Shown: positions 9,069 through 18,699 of the stretch, piece by piece | Position numbering within the stretch: the first letter of the stretch is position 1 | Layout of the letters: each line of letters begins with the position of its first letter | DNA from: an uncultured delta proteobacterium | GTDB taxonomy: Bacteria > Desulfobacterota > Binatia > Binatales > Binataceae | Length of the DNA stretch: 64,000 nucleotides | Direction: 5' to 3' | Assembly: GCA_963842085.1 (NCBI GenBank) | Contig: CAWJET010000001.1 | Location: forward strand, 2,811,103 to 2,875,102 | Program-made: the position numbers and the translations under genes | The notes under the pieces: model-generated | The model's input: only the letters and a program-made list of their open reading frames with translations | What the model was told of the DNA's origin: nothing | Database searches by the model: none

Positions 9069-9357
9069 ATTGGACCTCGGCGTCGGCGAGAACTCGGTCG
9101 CGGAAGTGTCTGCTCAAAAATTCGGGAGTGTTAAGGTCGACGGTCCGACCCAAAATACCCGACAATTCGTCCTGCATCGCGAAGAAGTCCAAGCCGGGAA
9201 CGTGTCCGGACTCGAATTCCACGATCACGTCCACGTCGCTATCTGGGAGAAAATCGTCGCGCAGAACCGAGCCAAAGAGCGCGAGCCTGCGGATGTGGTG
9301 GCGTCGGCAGAAACTGCGAACCCGTTCCGCAGGTACGTCAATTTTCGCGCGTCCCAT
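9055..9357 (-). CDS. mntA: MntA-type minimal nucleotidyltransferase antitoxin
   Basis: Carries the GSxxRxxxxxxSDxDxxV nucleotidyltransferase motif (LFGSVLRDDFLPDSDVDVIVEF). It overlaps the HepT start by 14 nt. Confidence 0.7.
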   Translation of the reverse strand: MGRAKIDVPAERVRSFCRRHHIRRLALFGSVLRDDFLPDSDVDVIVEFESGHVPGLDFFAMQDELSGILGRTVDLNTPEFLSRHFRDRVLADAEVQYVAR

Positions 9358-9454
9358 CTCCAATATCCCGCGCTGAAGGCAGATTAACTCGCTTAAATCT
9401 CCCAAACACATGCTATCGATTTCGACTACTGATCGCTATCGAAGAAGTGAAACT

Positions 9455-10600
9455 TCAGACGGCGCGGAGTTCGGTTGAGATGTCGCCGCGGGTGGCGAGA
9501 GCTGCCGGGATGAAGCCGCTGGCCGCTCCGATCGCGGCGGCTATCAGAAAGCTGTAGGCGATGATTCGCGGTTCCAGCGTCATGGCGAGCGCCAGCGGGC
9601 CGAGCGCTCCGGCGACGTGCGGCAACAGGTCGAAGCCGCAGTACGCCAGGGCGCATCCGAGCACGCCGCCGGTCACGCCTACTATCAGTCCCTCGACCAG
9701 GACTCGCGCAACGATCGAGTTGCGCGTGAATCCAATCGCGCGCATCACTGCCATTTCGTGCCGCCGCTCCCGCACCCCCATCGCGGCCGTGTTGGCGGCG
9801 ACCAGCGCGATCGTGAACATGACGATCGCCGCGAGAAATTTTGCGCCGTTAAGCATGAGGCTCAGGTTGCTGCCGATTTCGTTCTTGATCAGCGCGACTT
9901 CAGTTTCGGTGGCCGTCTCGTTCGCCGAATTGGCGAACATTTCGTCGATTGCCGCGATCACCTCGGGCGCCGATTGAGAGCGGTCTATTTTCACCCAGAA
10001 CAGGTTGGCGGTGCCGGGTCTGCCCAGCAGTTCTTCCATGTAGTCGCGCCGGAAAATAATGCGGGGGCCGGCGGCTTCCTCGTTCAGCACGCCGACGATT
10101 GTCAGCTGCAGATCGACCGGATACATCGTGCCGCGCAGCATGATCGTCTGGCCGACTTTCCAGTCATAGACCTTCATCAGGTTGGTGGCGACGAGAGCCG
10201 CCGTGCGCAGGCTTTCGAATTCGTGTTCGGTTTCCGCGTTAACATCCCAATCGGGAAAGATGTCGCGGATGTGGTCGTCGTCCACCGCGAGAACGCCGAG
10301 CTGCTGGTTGGGGTCCTGGTAGGTTGCCATGAAGACGCTGTAGGCCGCGACCGCCTGGACGTGCGGCAGGGTTTCGATGCGCCGGCGGTAAGACTCGGGC
10401 AGCATGTAGAGGAGGCTGGCTTTGCTGTGGCAGATGAGGCGCAGCGAGTTGGCACGGTCGCGCAAGACCTGGTTGAGCAGCCCGGGCAAGCTGATCAACG
10501 ACGCGAAGATGAACACCGAGACGGTGATCGACAGGGTGGTGAGAATGGTGCGGCGCTTGTTGCGAGTGAGGTTTCGGAGCACGAGGGACAGGTAGTTCAT
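9455..10600 (-). CDS. FtsX-like (MacB-type) ABC transporter permease
   Basis: An N-terminal TM helix, a large periplasmic domain and three C-terminal TM helices give the typical FtsX/MacB topology. No ATPase gene lies adjacent. Confidence 0.8.
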   Translation of the reverse strand: MNYLSLVLRNLTRNKRRTILTTLSITVSVFIFASLISLPGLLNQVLRDRANSLRLICHSKASLLYMLPESYRRRIETLPHVQAVAAYSVFMATYQDPNQQLGVLAVDDDHIRDIFPDWDVNAETEHEFESLRTAALVATNLMKVYDWKVGQTIMLRGTMYPVDLQLTIVGVLNEEAAGPRIIFRRDYMEELLGRPGTANLFWVKIDRSQSAPEVIAAIDEMFANSANETATETEVALIKNEIGSNLSLMLNGAKFLAAIVMFTIALVAANTAAMGVRERRHEMAVMRAIGFTRNSIVARVLVEGLIVGVTGGVLGCALAYCGFDLLPHVAGALGPLALAMTLEPRIIAYSFLIAAAIGAASGFIPAALATRGDISTELRAV

Positions 10601-10618
10601 GGCGCGAACTTAATTGTA

Positions 10619-10658
10619 GTGAAAGCCGCCGTAGGTTTGCAGGGGTGACCCTGCACCC
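10619..10658. repeat. REP-like intergenic element, family 1 (GCAGGGGTGACCC...CTGCACCC core), copy 1
   Basis: Shares the GTGAAAxCCGCC...GGTTTxCAGGGGTGACCCTGCACCCAA string with copies at 36005-36057 and 39097-39160. Confidence 0.45.
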
Positions 10659-10704
10659 AACGCTAAGAAAATTGGCACCTCTGCGGGATCAGGACGGGGA
10701 GAGG

Positions 10705-11256
10705 CTACACCAGGAGGGAGCCGCGGAAGGGTTCGTCCCTTGGCGGGGGGAATTGGAGCAGGTTGATGGCCCATTTGCGGGCCTGGCGCAGCGCGTCCTC
10801 GGCGCGACGGAAGATTCGCTCGCGATACATCACCGACCACACGTAGGCGTCGACGGAGGGCTCGTCGCCGAGCGTTATGTCGAGCATCCAGTCCTGGAGT
10901 TGCGGTCCGCAGATTAGCAGGCGCACTACGCGGCCGTGATCGATCACGATTCCGCGCGCCTCGCGCGGGATGCGAAACTCGTCCTTGACGCGCTTGATGA
11001 CATTGGCCGGGGCGTGCTGCTCGGTCATCGCGACGTAGGCCCAATCGCCCTGCGGAGGATTGGCCGCGCGCGCGATGCGGAGGTTGTTGTCGGTCAAGTC
11101 TTCCTTGGCGCGATCCTGGTCGTAATCGCGCGCGACCTGGTAAAAGGCCATCGCGACCGGCAACTGCGGCATCTCGGTTTCCGACTTGGCCCGCTTGGGT
11201 TTCTTGAAGGTGGTTTCGACCCACCAGCGGTTTTCGACGTTGGGCTTCTGCGGCAT
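10705..11256 (-). CDS. Hypothetical protein (possibly the C-terminal part of the upstream gene)
   Basis: An ORF of normal composition whose start overlaps the stop of the upstream gene by 1 nt (TGATG). Its frame stays open for about 57 codons upstream of the ATG. Confidence 0.4.
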   Translation of the reverse strand: MPQKPNVENRWWVETTFKKPKRAKSETEMPQLPVAMAFYQVARDYDQDRAKEDLTDNNLRIARAANPPQGDWAYVAMTEQHAPANVIKRVKDEFRIPREARGIVIDHGRVVRLLICGPQLQDWMLDITLGDEPSVDAYVWSVMYRERIFRRAEDALRQARKWAINLLQFPPPRDEPFRGSLLV

Positions 11257-11849
11257 CAGGCGACCCGGCGAGCTTTGCGGCTGGCGCCACGGGCGGAGCG
11301 CCGCGATTTTCGCGCGATCGAAATACGCGGGCGGCGCCTGCGGATACGATTTGCGGCGCGGCGCGTGCTCGAGATTCCCGTGCGGGCCCGCGAGCGCGCG
11401 ACACGCCGGCGGACGCGACCCCTAAGCCCGGTTACCATCCGGCGCGAGAACAAGTCCGCCTTGCGCTCGGGGTCGCTCCAGAGCAGGAAGTGGCCCATCT
11501 CGTGGTAGATCATCTGAATCCACTTGCGCTCGGTGAAATAAATGCGTCCGCGTTTCCAGTTTTCGGGATGCACGAGATGGATGCGGCCGTCTTCGTAAGT
11601 GCGACCGGCGGTCTTGCCCCAATCGATGTACTCGAACCATTGTATGCGCGGGCGGCGCAGTTTGAAGTACCGGCACATCGTGGAGATGGCGCGGTTGAAA
11701 TGTGCGGCGCGATGGCCGCGAAAAAATTCGGCAAGGTTGCGATCAATTTCGCGGCGATGAGCGACAGGAGGAACAATCATTCGCACGAGCAGGCGACCTC
11801 CGGGAGACAGGTGACCAGGATCATACGGAGGCGCGTCGATCAGAGTCAA
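11256..11849 (-). CDS. Putative zinc metallopeptidase-like protein (HEMGH motif, SprT/DUF45-like)
   Basis: Contains ...RIHLVHPENWKRGRIYFTERKWIQMIYHEMGHFLLW. The last roughly 55 residues are almost pure Arg, suggesting frame run-on or a frameshift. Confidence 0.45.
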   Translation of the reverse strand: MTLIDAPPYDPGHLSPGGRLLVRMIVPPVAHRREIDRNLAEFFRGHRAAHFNRAISTMCRYFKLRRPRIQWFEYIDWGKTAGRTYEDGRIHLVHPENWKRGRIYFTERKWIQMIYHEMGHFLLWSDPERKADLFSRRMVTGLRGRVRRRVARSRARTGISSTRRAANRIRRRRPRISIARKSRRSARGASRKARRVA

Positions 11850-11949
11850 ACCAAGCCGGTGAAATGCCGGTTTATACCGACGTTTGATTGCTCCGAAAGT
11901 TCAAAATCGCCTGTCAGGAACCGGTTTGATGCGTTTCGGCAATTTGACG

Positions 11950-13185
11950 CTAACCGAGTGTCCCCGAGACTTTGAGACGCGCGATCTCGTCCCAGGTCAG
12001 GCCCATTTCGAGCGCAACTTCCTCGGTATGCTGGCCGAGTTCGGGCGCGGCGCGATGCGGTTGCAAAGGGGTGTCGCCAAACTCGACAGGGCTGTTCACG
12101 ACGCGGCATCCAGGAATGTTCGGATGGTCAACAGGCGCGAAAGCGCCGATGGCGGCGGCCTGGGGATCGTCGAGCACTTCGGCGTCGGTGCGGACGGGCG
12201 CCCAGACGAGATTGTAGCGGTCGAAAATCGGCGCCCACTCGTCGGAGGTTCGCGCGGCAACGGCGCGATCGATCTCGCCGGTGAGCGCGGCGCAGTTTTG
12301 CACGCGAGCGGTCGAGTCCTTGAAGCGCGGATCGTCGAGCCACTCCGGTTTGCCGAGCGCGCGGCAGAAATCCGGCCAGTGCCGATCGCTCTGGATCATC
12401 ACGAAGTAAATCCATCGCGCGTCGGCGCATCGATAGGAACTCCACAGCGGATTCACTCGCTGCGTGCGCGACTCGGATTGGGGCGAGCGGCCGGTCATGA
12501 GGCCGACGGTGAGATCGGACGCGTTCATCCAGAGGCCCATCGAGAACAGCGAGATGTTGACCTCGCGGCCGCGGCCGGTGCGCTCGCGCGCGAGCAGCGC
12601 GGCAGAGATTGCGCCCGCAAGGCCGAGGCCGACGGCGTGATCGATCATCGCGGGACGCTGCGCGGGCGGCGACTGTCCGGGCTCGGCGATCGTCGCCATC
12701 AGGCCGGAACGCGCCCACGCGGCGGCGTAGTCGTAGGCGGAGCGATTGCGGTCGGGGCCGCGATGCCCATAGCCGTTGATCGACGCATAGACGAGGCGAG
12801 GATTCTTCGCGGATAGAGTTGCGTAGTCGAGTTTCATCCGCTCGATGGCGTCGAGGCGCAGGCTGGTGACGAAGACGTCGGCGTGTTCGATGAGCTTGAG
12901 CGCGAAGCTGTGGCCGTCTGCCGTGCGCAAGTCGACGGCGACGGAGCGTTTGTTGCGATTGTCGAGCTCGAACGGCGGACGGATGCGGGCGTTGGGGTCG
13001 CCCATCGTGCGCGTGACAAAGCCGCGAATCGGATCGCCGGCAGTAGGGTCTTCGAGCTTGATGACATCGGCGCCCCAGTCGCCGAGCACGGCGGTGGTGG
13101 ACGGGCCGGCGACCCACATCGCAACTTCGACGACCCTGACGCCCTGCAGCGGACGCTCCATCGCATCGGTCTCCTTCGCCTGCAT
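11950..13185 (-). CDS. CoA-transferase family III (CaiB/BaiF)
   Basis: N-terminal motif GVRVVEVAMWVAGPSTTAVLGDWGADVIKLE and family-III length. Confidence 0.85.
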   Translation of the reverse strand: MQAKETDAMERPLQGVRVVEVAMWVAGPSTTAVLGDWGADVIKLEDPTAGDPIRGFVTRTMGDPNARIRPPFELDNRNKRSVAVDLRTADGHSFALKLIEHADVFVTSLRLDAIERMKLDYATLSAKNPRLVYASINGYGHRGPDRNRSAYDYAAAWARSGLMATIAEPGQSPPAQRPAMIDHAVGLGLAGAISAALLARERTGRGREVNISLFSMGLWMNASDLTVGLMTGRSPQSESRTQRVNPLWSSYRCADARWIYFVMIQSDRHWPDFCRALGKPEWLDDPRFKDSTARVQNCAALTGEIDRAVAARTSDEWAPIFDRYNLVWAPVRTDAEVLDDPQAAAIGAFAPVDHPNIPGCRVVNSPVEFGDTPLQPHRAAPELGQHTEEVALEMGLTWDEIARLKVSGTLG

Positions 13186-13276
13186 GAGACCAAATTGGTA
13201 TCAGGAGTGGGCGAAGGAATGAAACAGTGCGCGGACGTGTCCGCGCGCGGATCGAGCAGGCGATTGGATGAGAGCG

Positions 13277-13723
13277 CTAGCGGGCGCGGGTGGCGCGGTG
13301 CATCTTGCGCGGATCACGCCGGCGCACGCGATTGACGGTCAGGCGTTGCATCCGGCTCGCCTCCTTCAGGCGCAGGCGCATCGGATCGCCGCCGCGTCCT
13401 GCGACCAGCTCCGAAAGGCGCCAGCGCAAGCCCTGGGCGTCGATGCCGAGCGCGTCGCATACGTTGTCAAACGACAGCGGACAAGTGACGCCTTTGGTGA
13501 AAAACCAGTTCCAGGCTTCGTGGAACGAGTTGCGTTTGCGCAGGCTGTTCGAGCCGCCGAATTCCTGCACGATGTTGATCGCGTCGGCCAGCACCGCGAG
13601 CATCAGGCGCTGCTCGCTGGAAAGCGATCGCGTGCCGACCATCTCGAAGAACTGGCTGCGAAGTATAACGTCGGGAAAGGGGCGTGGATCGGCGGCGGCG
13701 ATAGTGGGGACGACGGTACTCAT
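13277..13723 (-). CDS. Hypothetical protein
   Basis: A 148-aa ORF of normal composition, co-directional with and 90 bp upstream of the CoA-transferase. No recognisable motif. Confidence 0.4.
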   Translation of the reverse strand: MSTVVPTIAAADPRPFPDVILRSQFFEMVGTRSLSSEQRLMLAVLADAINIVQEFGGSNSLRKRNSFHEAWNWFFTKGVTCPLSFDNVCDALGIDAQGLRWRLSELVAGRGGDPMRLRLKEASRMQRLTVNRVRRRDPRKMHRATRAR

Positions 13724-14099
13724 TGTTCAGCTTCCTCCCTCCCCCGAGCGAAGAGCTTGAACCTGAAAAATTTGAGGCACGAGATGGATCAACAGCAACA
13801 TCTCTTATGCGACGCCCCTTTCCGTCTAATAAACGGTGACGGAGAGCAAGAAACTTAGTGAGAACGGTGACTCATTGCAAGAGAAAAGTCAGAGCGTAAA
13901 TTCGCCGTTGCGAGCTTTGGATAAGCAAAATTTGTCCGGCGATAATGCCAAAATTAGCGTAAGAGCGACGCTGAGCATCGCCACAAGGTCGCCGGACGAT
14001 CGTGCGCAACCGCGCGAAGTGGCCTTGTTATCGATACCAGCGAGCGGTCTGCTATAGTTGCATTTACGACAACCAGCAGCAGCGACAGGAGCATCGACG

Positions 14100-14432
14100 A
14101 TGGCTGATTTCTACGGCAAGGAAACCTCGAAGTATCTCCGCAACCTGCGCCAGAATGCGCCCGACCAGTTCAAGGGCTTCCTGGACTTCGACAAGGAAGT
14201 CTTCAAGGACGGCGCGATTCCGAGCAAGACCAAAGAGCTGATGGCGATTACGGCGGCGCATGTTACGCAATGCCCGTGGTGTATCGAGGCGCACGTCGCG
14301 CGCGCGAAAGAGAAAGGATGCACCGACCAGGAGATAGCGGAGGCGGTGTGGGTTGCGGCGGCGATGCGCGCGGGCGCGGCGTTCAGTCATGGCGCGATCG
14401 CGATGGCGGTGGCGGAAGAGCACAAGCACTAG
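14100..14432 (+). CDS. Carboxymuconolactone decarboxylase family protein (AhpD-like)
   Basis: The CxxxH core (AAHVTQCPWCIEAHV) is typical of AhpD/CMD. The start was trimmed to MADFYGK. Confidence 0.8.
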   Translation: MADFYGKETSKYLRNLRQNAPDQFKGFLDFDKEVFKDGAIPSKTKELMAITAAHVTQCPWCIEAHVARAKEKGCTDQEIAEAVWVAAAMRAGAAFSHGAIAMAVAEEHKH

Positions 14433-14465
14433 CAAGCGTCGCACGCATTCGGCAGCATAGGTGGA

Positions 14466-15623
14466 ATGGATCAAGCGCGAAAAGATCGGAAGACACGGCA
14501 GATAGCGATCGGCAGCACCAAGGTTGGCGGCGACGCGCCGGTGGTGGTGCAATCGATGTGCGCGACGCGGACGATCGACGTCGACGAGACCGTCGCGCAG
14601 GCGCATCAGCTGGCGAATGCGGGCGCGGGAATCGTCCGGATCGCGATGGACAGCGAGAAGGAACTCCCGGCGCTGAAGGAAATCCGCAAACAGACGAAGG
14701 GAGTCGTGCTGTCGGTCGATTTGCAGGAGAACTACAAAATCGCAGACCGCGTCGCGCCCCACGTCGACAAGATTCGCTACAACCCGGGCCATCTGCACCA
14801 TATCGAGAAGTCGAAGACGATCGAGCAGAAGGTGAAATGGCTGGTCGATGTGGCGCGGGACAACGACGTCGCGATCCGGATCGGCGTCAACTGCGGGTCG
14901 GTGGCGCCGGCATTCCTGGACAAGTACCCCGGCGATCAACTCGCTGCGATCGTCGAGTCGGCCGCGTACCATTGCGCCCTGATGGACGAGCTCGGCTTCA
15001 CGCGCTTCGTCGTGTCGCTGAAGGATTCCGATCCGATCAAGGTGATGGACGTGAACCGGCGCTTCTCGAAACGGCGCCCTGACGTGCCGATTCACCTGGG
15101 CGTCACCGAGGCGGGATTGCCGCCCGACGGAATCATCAAGACGCGGATAGCGTTCGAGAAGCTGCTCGCGCAGAGTATCGGCGATACGATCCGCGTCTCG
15201 CTGACGTTGCCCAACGAGCGCAAGCACGAGGAAGTGCTCGTCGGGCATAAGATTATCGAGGACGTCGCGGCGGGCAGGTTCATCTCGGTGCCCGACTTCG
15301 GTGCGGGGCTGAATATCATCTCGTGTCCGTCGTGCTCCCGCGTCGAGAACATGAAGTTCGTCGAGCTGGCGCAGCAGGTCAAGGAACTCACGACCTACGC
15401 CGAGAAGTACAAGATCACGATTGCGATCATGGGATGCCGGGTGAACGGGCCGGGCGAGACCGACGACGCCGACCTTGGGTTGTGGTGCGGTCCGACGACG
15501 GTGAATCTCAAGAAGAAGGATCACAAGCTGGGTTACTTCGGCTACGAAGAAGTGCTGCCCAAGCTCCGCGCCGAACTGGACCGGCTGATCGCCGAGCGCA
15601 GTTCGGCTTCTACCGCCAGCTAA
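14466..15623 (+). CDS. ispG: 4-hydroxy-3-methylbut-2-en-1-yl diphosphate synthase (GcpE)
   Basis: Full-length IspG with a TIM-barrel N-domain and a C-terminal 3-Cys cluster domain (ISCPSCSR...MGCRVNG). Confidence 0.9.
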   Translation: MDQARKDRKTRQIAIGSTKVGGDAPVVVQSMCATRTIDVDETVAQAHQLANAGAGIVRIAMDSEKELPALKEIRKQTKGVVLSVDLQENYKIADRVAPHVDKIRYNPGHLHHIEKSKTIEQKVKWLVDVARDNDVAIRIGVNCGSVAPAFLDKYPGDQLAAIVESAAYHCALMDELGFTRFVVSLKDSDPIKVMDVNRRFSKRRPDVPIHLGVTEAGLPPDGIIKTRIAFEKLLAQSIGDTIRVSLTLPNERKHEEVLVGHKIIEDVAAGRFISVPDFGAGLNIISCPSCSRVENMKFVELAQQVKELTTYAEKYKITIAIMGCRVNGPGETDDADLGLWCGPTTVNLKKKDHKLGYFGYEEVLPKLRAELDRLIAERSSASTAS

Positions 15624-15634
15624 GCGCCCTCAAT

Positions 15635-16114
15635 TCAGCAAGACGACAGGAAGTCCGCGATCTCACGATCGCTGGTCAATCTGCGGACGGGGACGTTCGG
15701 CCCATATTTGATTCGCTGCGCTTCGATCTGCGGACGGTTGAGTCGGTCGAAACTCCGGATGAAGCGCAGCACCTTGGACAAGTCCCCAATTCGATGGTGC
15801 TCGCCGGGCTGAAACACGCGAGTGATCGCGCGCGCGGCGCAGAACAGCTTTGGGCGGTCGAGCCAGATCACGAGAGTGGCGCGAGTTAGACGGATGTCGA
15901 AGGTCGCGGCTGCAAAGTTACCGTCGCTGATCCACGTTTCCCCGGCGTGAGCTTCCTTGATCAATGTGCGGAAAGTGAGGACGTCACCTTTGGTCCAATT
16001 CGGCTGCCAGATTTCGTCGAGGCAAATCACGGGCGCACCAGTGCGCGCGCTGAGCCGTCGCGCGAAGGTAGTTTTGCCGCTGCCGGCGCGGCCGAGGATC
16101 ACGATTCGCGACAT
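15635..16114 (-). CDS. P-loop NTPase (adenylate-kinase-like / topology-modulation-type small kinase)
   Basis: Walker A motif ILGRAGSGKTT at the N-terminus; 159 aa. Confidence 0.65.
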   Translation of the reverse strand: MSRIVILGRAGSGKTTFARRLSARTGAPVICLDEIWQPNWTKGDVLTFRTLIKEAHAGETWISDGNFAAATFDIRLTRATLVIWLDRPKLFCAARAITRVFQPGEHHRIGDLSKVLRFIRSFDRLNRPQIEAQRIKYGPNVPVRRLTSDREIADFLSSC

Positions 16115-16211
16115 TAGAGATTGGGCTCACATCGCGGAACCCTCACCGCTGACCGCGTTGCGGTCAGCCGCCTCTGCCGTGAAATAACGGGTGAGGTGAA
16201 GACGCGGAACA

Positions 16212-16297
16212 AGAATCTTGAATCGCGCGCGGAAGGAATCGCGCGCTGAATAATGACCCTCACCTTCATCCTCTCCCTTGCAGGGAGAGGGGAAAAG
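16212..16297. repeat. Miniature two-hairpin repeat element, family 2, copy 1
   Basis: AGAATCTTgAATCGCGCG...GCGCGCTGAaTAAtGACCCTCACCTTCATCCTCTCCCTTGCAGGGAGAGGGGAA is about 85% identical to 46471-46552. It contains a CGCGCG hairpin and a 9-bp CCTCTCCCT/AGGGAGAGG hairpin. Confidence 0.5.
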
Positions 16298-16328
16298 TGC
16301 GAGCCAAATCCTGCCGCAGAAAGAGTTC

Positions 16329-16979
16329 TCAGATCTTCTGGTTGGTTTTGCGCCAGTCGGCGAGGAAACGCTCTAGGCCTAGATCTGTCAGTGGGTGATG
16401 AAGCGTCTGTTTGAGCACTGCGAACGGGACGGTTGCGATGTCGGCGCCGACCGCGGCTGCGCGCAGCAGGTGCGACGTGTTGCGCACCGACGCTACCAGC
16501 ACTTCGGCCGGGTAGTCGTAGTTCGACAGTATCTGCACCATATCCTCGACGATAGCGAAGCCATCCTGTCCGATGTCATCGAGGCGTCCGATAAACGGCG
16601 ACAGGAATGAGGCGCCGACCTTGGCCGCCGCCAGCGCCTGCAACGGCGTGAAGATGAGTGTAACGTTGACGCGGATGCCGCGTTTGGCGAGCGCGTGGGT
16701 CGCTTTCAGCCCTTCGATGATCATCGGGCACTTGACGACGATGTTCTTGTGGACCTTGGCGAGTTTCTCGCCTTCTTCGATCATGGCGGATGCTTCAGTG
16801 GCGACGACTTCGGCGCTGATCGGGCCGTCGACGATTTCGCAAATCTCGCGCAGCACGTCGTGGTACGGGCGGCCGGTTTTCGCCATCAGCGACGGATTGG
16901 TGGTGACGCCGTCGATGATTCCCCAACTGGCGGCCTCGCGAATCTCGGCGACTTCCGCGGTATCGATAAAATATTTCAT
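16329..16979 (-). CDS. tal: Transaldolase / fructose-6-phosphate aldolase (short TalC/FSA type)
   Basis: A 216-aa TIM-barrel aldolase with a Schiff-base lysine region (NIVVKCPMI), colinear with MipB/FSA. Confidence 0.85.
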   Translation of the reverse strand: MKYFIDTAEVAEIREAASWGIIDGVTTNPSLMAKTGRPYHDVLREICEIVDGPISAEVVATEASAMIEEGEKLAKVHKNIVVKCPMIIEGLKATHALAKRGIRVNVTLIFTPLQALAAAKVGASFLSPFIGRLDDIGQDGFAIVEDMVQILSNYDYPAEVLVASVRNTSHLLRAAAVGADIATVPFAVLKQTLHHPLTDLGLERFLADWRKTNQKI

Positions 16980-17527
16980 CGGGATGCCTCTTTTTTGGAT
17001 GGTTGCGGCCTCAGCAGGTCTGCTCTTGCAAGAGTAACACGAAACGGCGACTTAAGTCCCGCGAGCATTTCGGAAATCGAGGCGTTGAGCTTGGGATGAA
17101 TCAGCGCGGGCGCCAGCTCGCTCATCGGAGCGAGCACGAAGCGGCGCTCATGCAGTCGCGGATGCGGCACTTTAAGGATCCGCGTGTCGATCATTTCTTT
17201 GTTGAAGAACAGCAGATCGAGGTCGATGATCCGCGCCCGGTATTTGCCGCGGGTCTGCTTGCGGCCCTTGACGCGCTTACGGCCCATGATTCGCTCGATC
17301 GCGAGCAGCCGGCGCATCAGGACTTCGGCCGGGAGCTCGGTCTCGACCTCGATAACGCCGTTGAGAAATGCGCCCTTGAGATCGCCCATCGGTTCGGTCT
17401 CGTAGATCGAGGATTGGCGCACGACCCTCGTGTCCGGGATCGCAGCGATCCGTTGAATCGCCTCGCGATAATTGGCGGCTCGATCGCCTAGATTACTGCC
17501 GATTCCGATGAAAGCCCGATGGGGCAT
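16976..17527 (-). CDS. folK: 2-amino-4-hydroxy-6-hydroxymethyldihydropteridine pyrophosphokinase
   Basis: HPPK motifs are present ([31 protein letters not shown]). There is a 4-nt overlap with tal. Confidence 0.85.
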   Translation of the reverse strand: MPHRAFIGIGSNLGDRAANYREAIQRIAAIPDTRVVRQSSIYETEPMGDLKGAFLNGVIEVETELPAEVLMRRLLAIERIMGRKRVKGRKQTRGKYRARIIDLDLLFFNKEMIDTRILKVPHPRLHERRFVLAPMSELAPALIHPKLNASISEMLAGLKSPFRVTLARADLLRPQPSKKEASR

Positions 17528-17535
17528 CCTCGCCG

Positions 17536-18699
17536 TTACAACCGCAGCGCTTTTAGCCGGTCCACCGCCTCGACCAACCGTCCGCTCGTAAGTGAAAAGC
17601 GGACGTATCCCTCACCACCCTTGCCGAATCCGGAGCCGGGCGTGATTGCGACGCCGGCTTCCTTCAACACGCGCTCGGTAAATGAAACCGAGGTGTAACC
17701 ACGCGGAGCTCTGGTCCAGACGTAAAAGGTTGCGCGCGGCTTTTCGCATTCAAGGCCAAGCGCACGGAGCGAGCCGACCAGCAAGTCGCGGCGTTCCTTG
17801 TAGATTGCGCAATATTCGGCGAGCTTGTCGCCGTCGCCCCCTTCCAGCCCGGTGATGGCGGCTTCCTGCACGGCCTGGAAAACGCCCGAATCCATATTGG
17901 TCTTGACCCTGCCGAGCGCGCCGATCAACTGCGCGTTGCCGATGGCGAAGCCGACGCGCCATCCAGTCATCGAGAAGGTCTTGGACAGCGAGTGGAATTC
18001 GATTGCGCAATCGCGCGAGCCCTCGGCCTCGAACACGCTCGGGGCGCGATAGCCGTCGTAGGCAATTTCGGAGTAGGCGCTGTCGTGGGCCAGGATGACG
18101 TCGTGCTTGAGGCAGAATTTGACCGCGTCCTGGAAGAACGAGAGGTCAACCGTCGCGGCGGTTGGATTGTTGGGATAGTTCAGCCACAGCATCTTCGCGC
18201 GGCGCGCGATTTCAGCGGGAATCGAGGCGAGGTCGGGAACGAATCCGTTTTCCTTTCTGAGCGGCAGGAAATACGGTTCGCCGCCATTGAAGACGCATCC
18301 CGAGTAGTACACCGGGTAGCCGGGATCGGGAATCAGTACGATGTCGCCCGGATCGACGACGGCGGTCGCGAAGTTCGCGATGCCTTCCTTGGAGCCGATC
18401 AGGGCGCAGACCTCGCGCTGAGGGTCGAAGCTGACGCCGAAACGCCGCTGGTACCATTGCGCGGAGGCCTGACGAAATTGCGGCAGGCCTTCGTAGTCCG
18501 GATAGCGGTGATTTATCGGGTCGTCGGCGGCGCGCTTGAGACTCTCGACGATGTGACGCGGCGTGGGCAGGTCGGGATCGCCGATCGAGAGACTGATGAC
18601 GTCAACGCCTCTGCTTGCGACCTCCTTCTTCAGGCGGTCAAGTTCGGCGAAAAGGTAGGGCGGCAAAAGACCCAGTCGAGAAGCAGTCTTGATTTGCAC
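17536..18699 (-). CDS. PLP-dependent aminotransferase class I (LL-diaminopimelate/aspartate aminotransferase-like)
   Basis: Fold-type I aminotransferase with a lysine region SLSKTFSMTGWRVG; 387 aa. Confidence 0.8.
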   Translation of the reverse strand: MQIKTASRLGLLPPYLFAELDRLKKEVASRGVDVISLSIGDPDLPTPRHIVESLKRAADDPINHRYPDYEGLPQFRQASAQWYQRRFGVSFDPQREVCALIGSKEGIANFATAVVDPGDIVLIPDPGYPVYYSGCVFNGGEPYFLPLRKENGFVPDLASIPAEIARRAKMLWLNYPNNPTAATVDLSFFQDAVKFCLKHDVILAHDSAYSEIAYDGYRAPSVFEAEGSRDCAIEFHSLSKTFSMTGWRVGFAIGNAQLIGALGRVKTNMDSGVFQAVQEAAITGLEGGDGDKLAEYCAIYKERRDLLVGSLRALGLECEKPRATFYVWTRAPRGYTSVSFTERVLKEAGVAITPGSGFGKGGEGYVRFSLTSGRLVEAVDRLKALRL

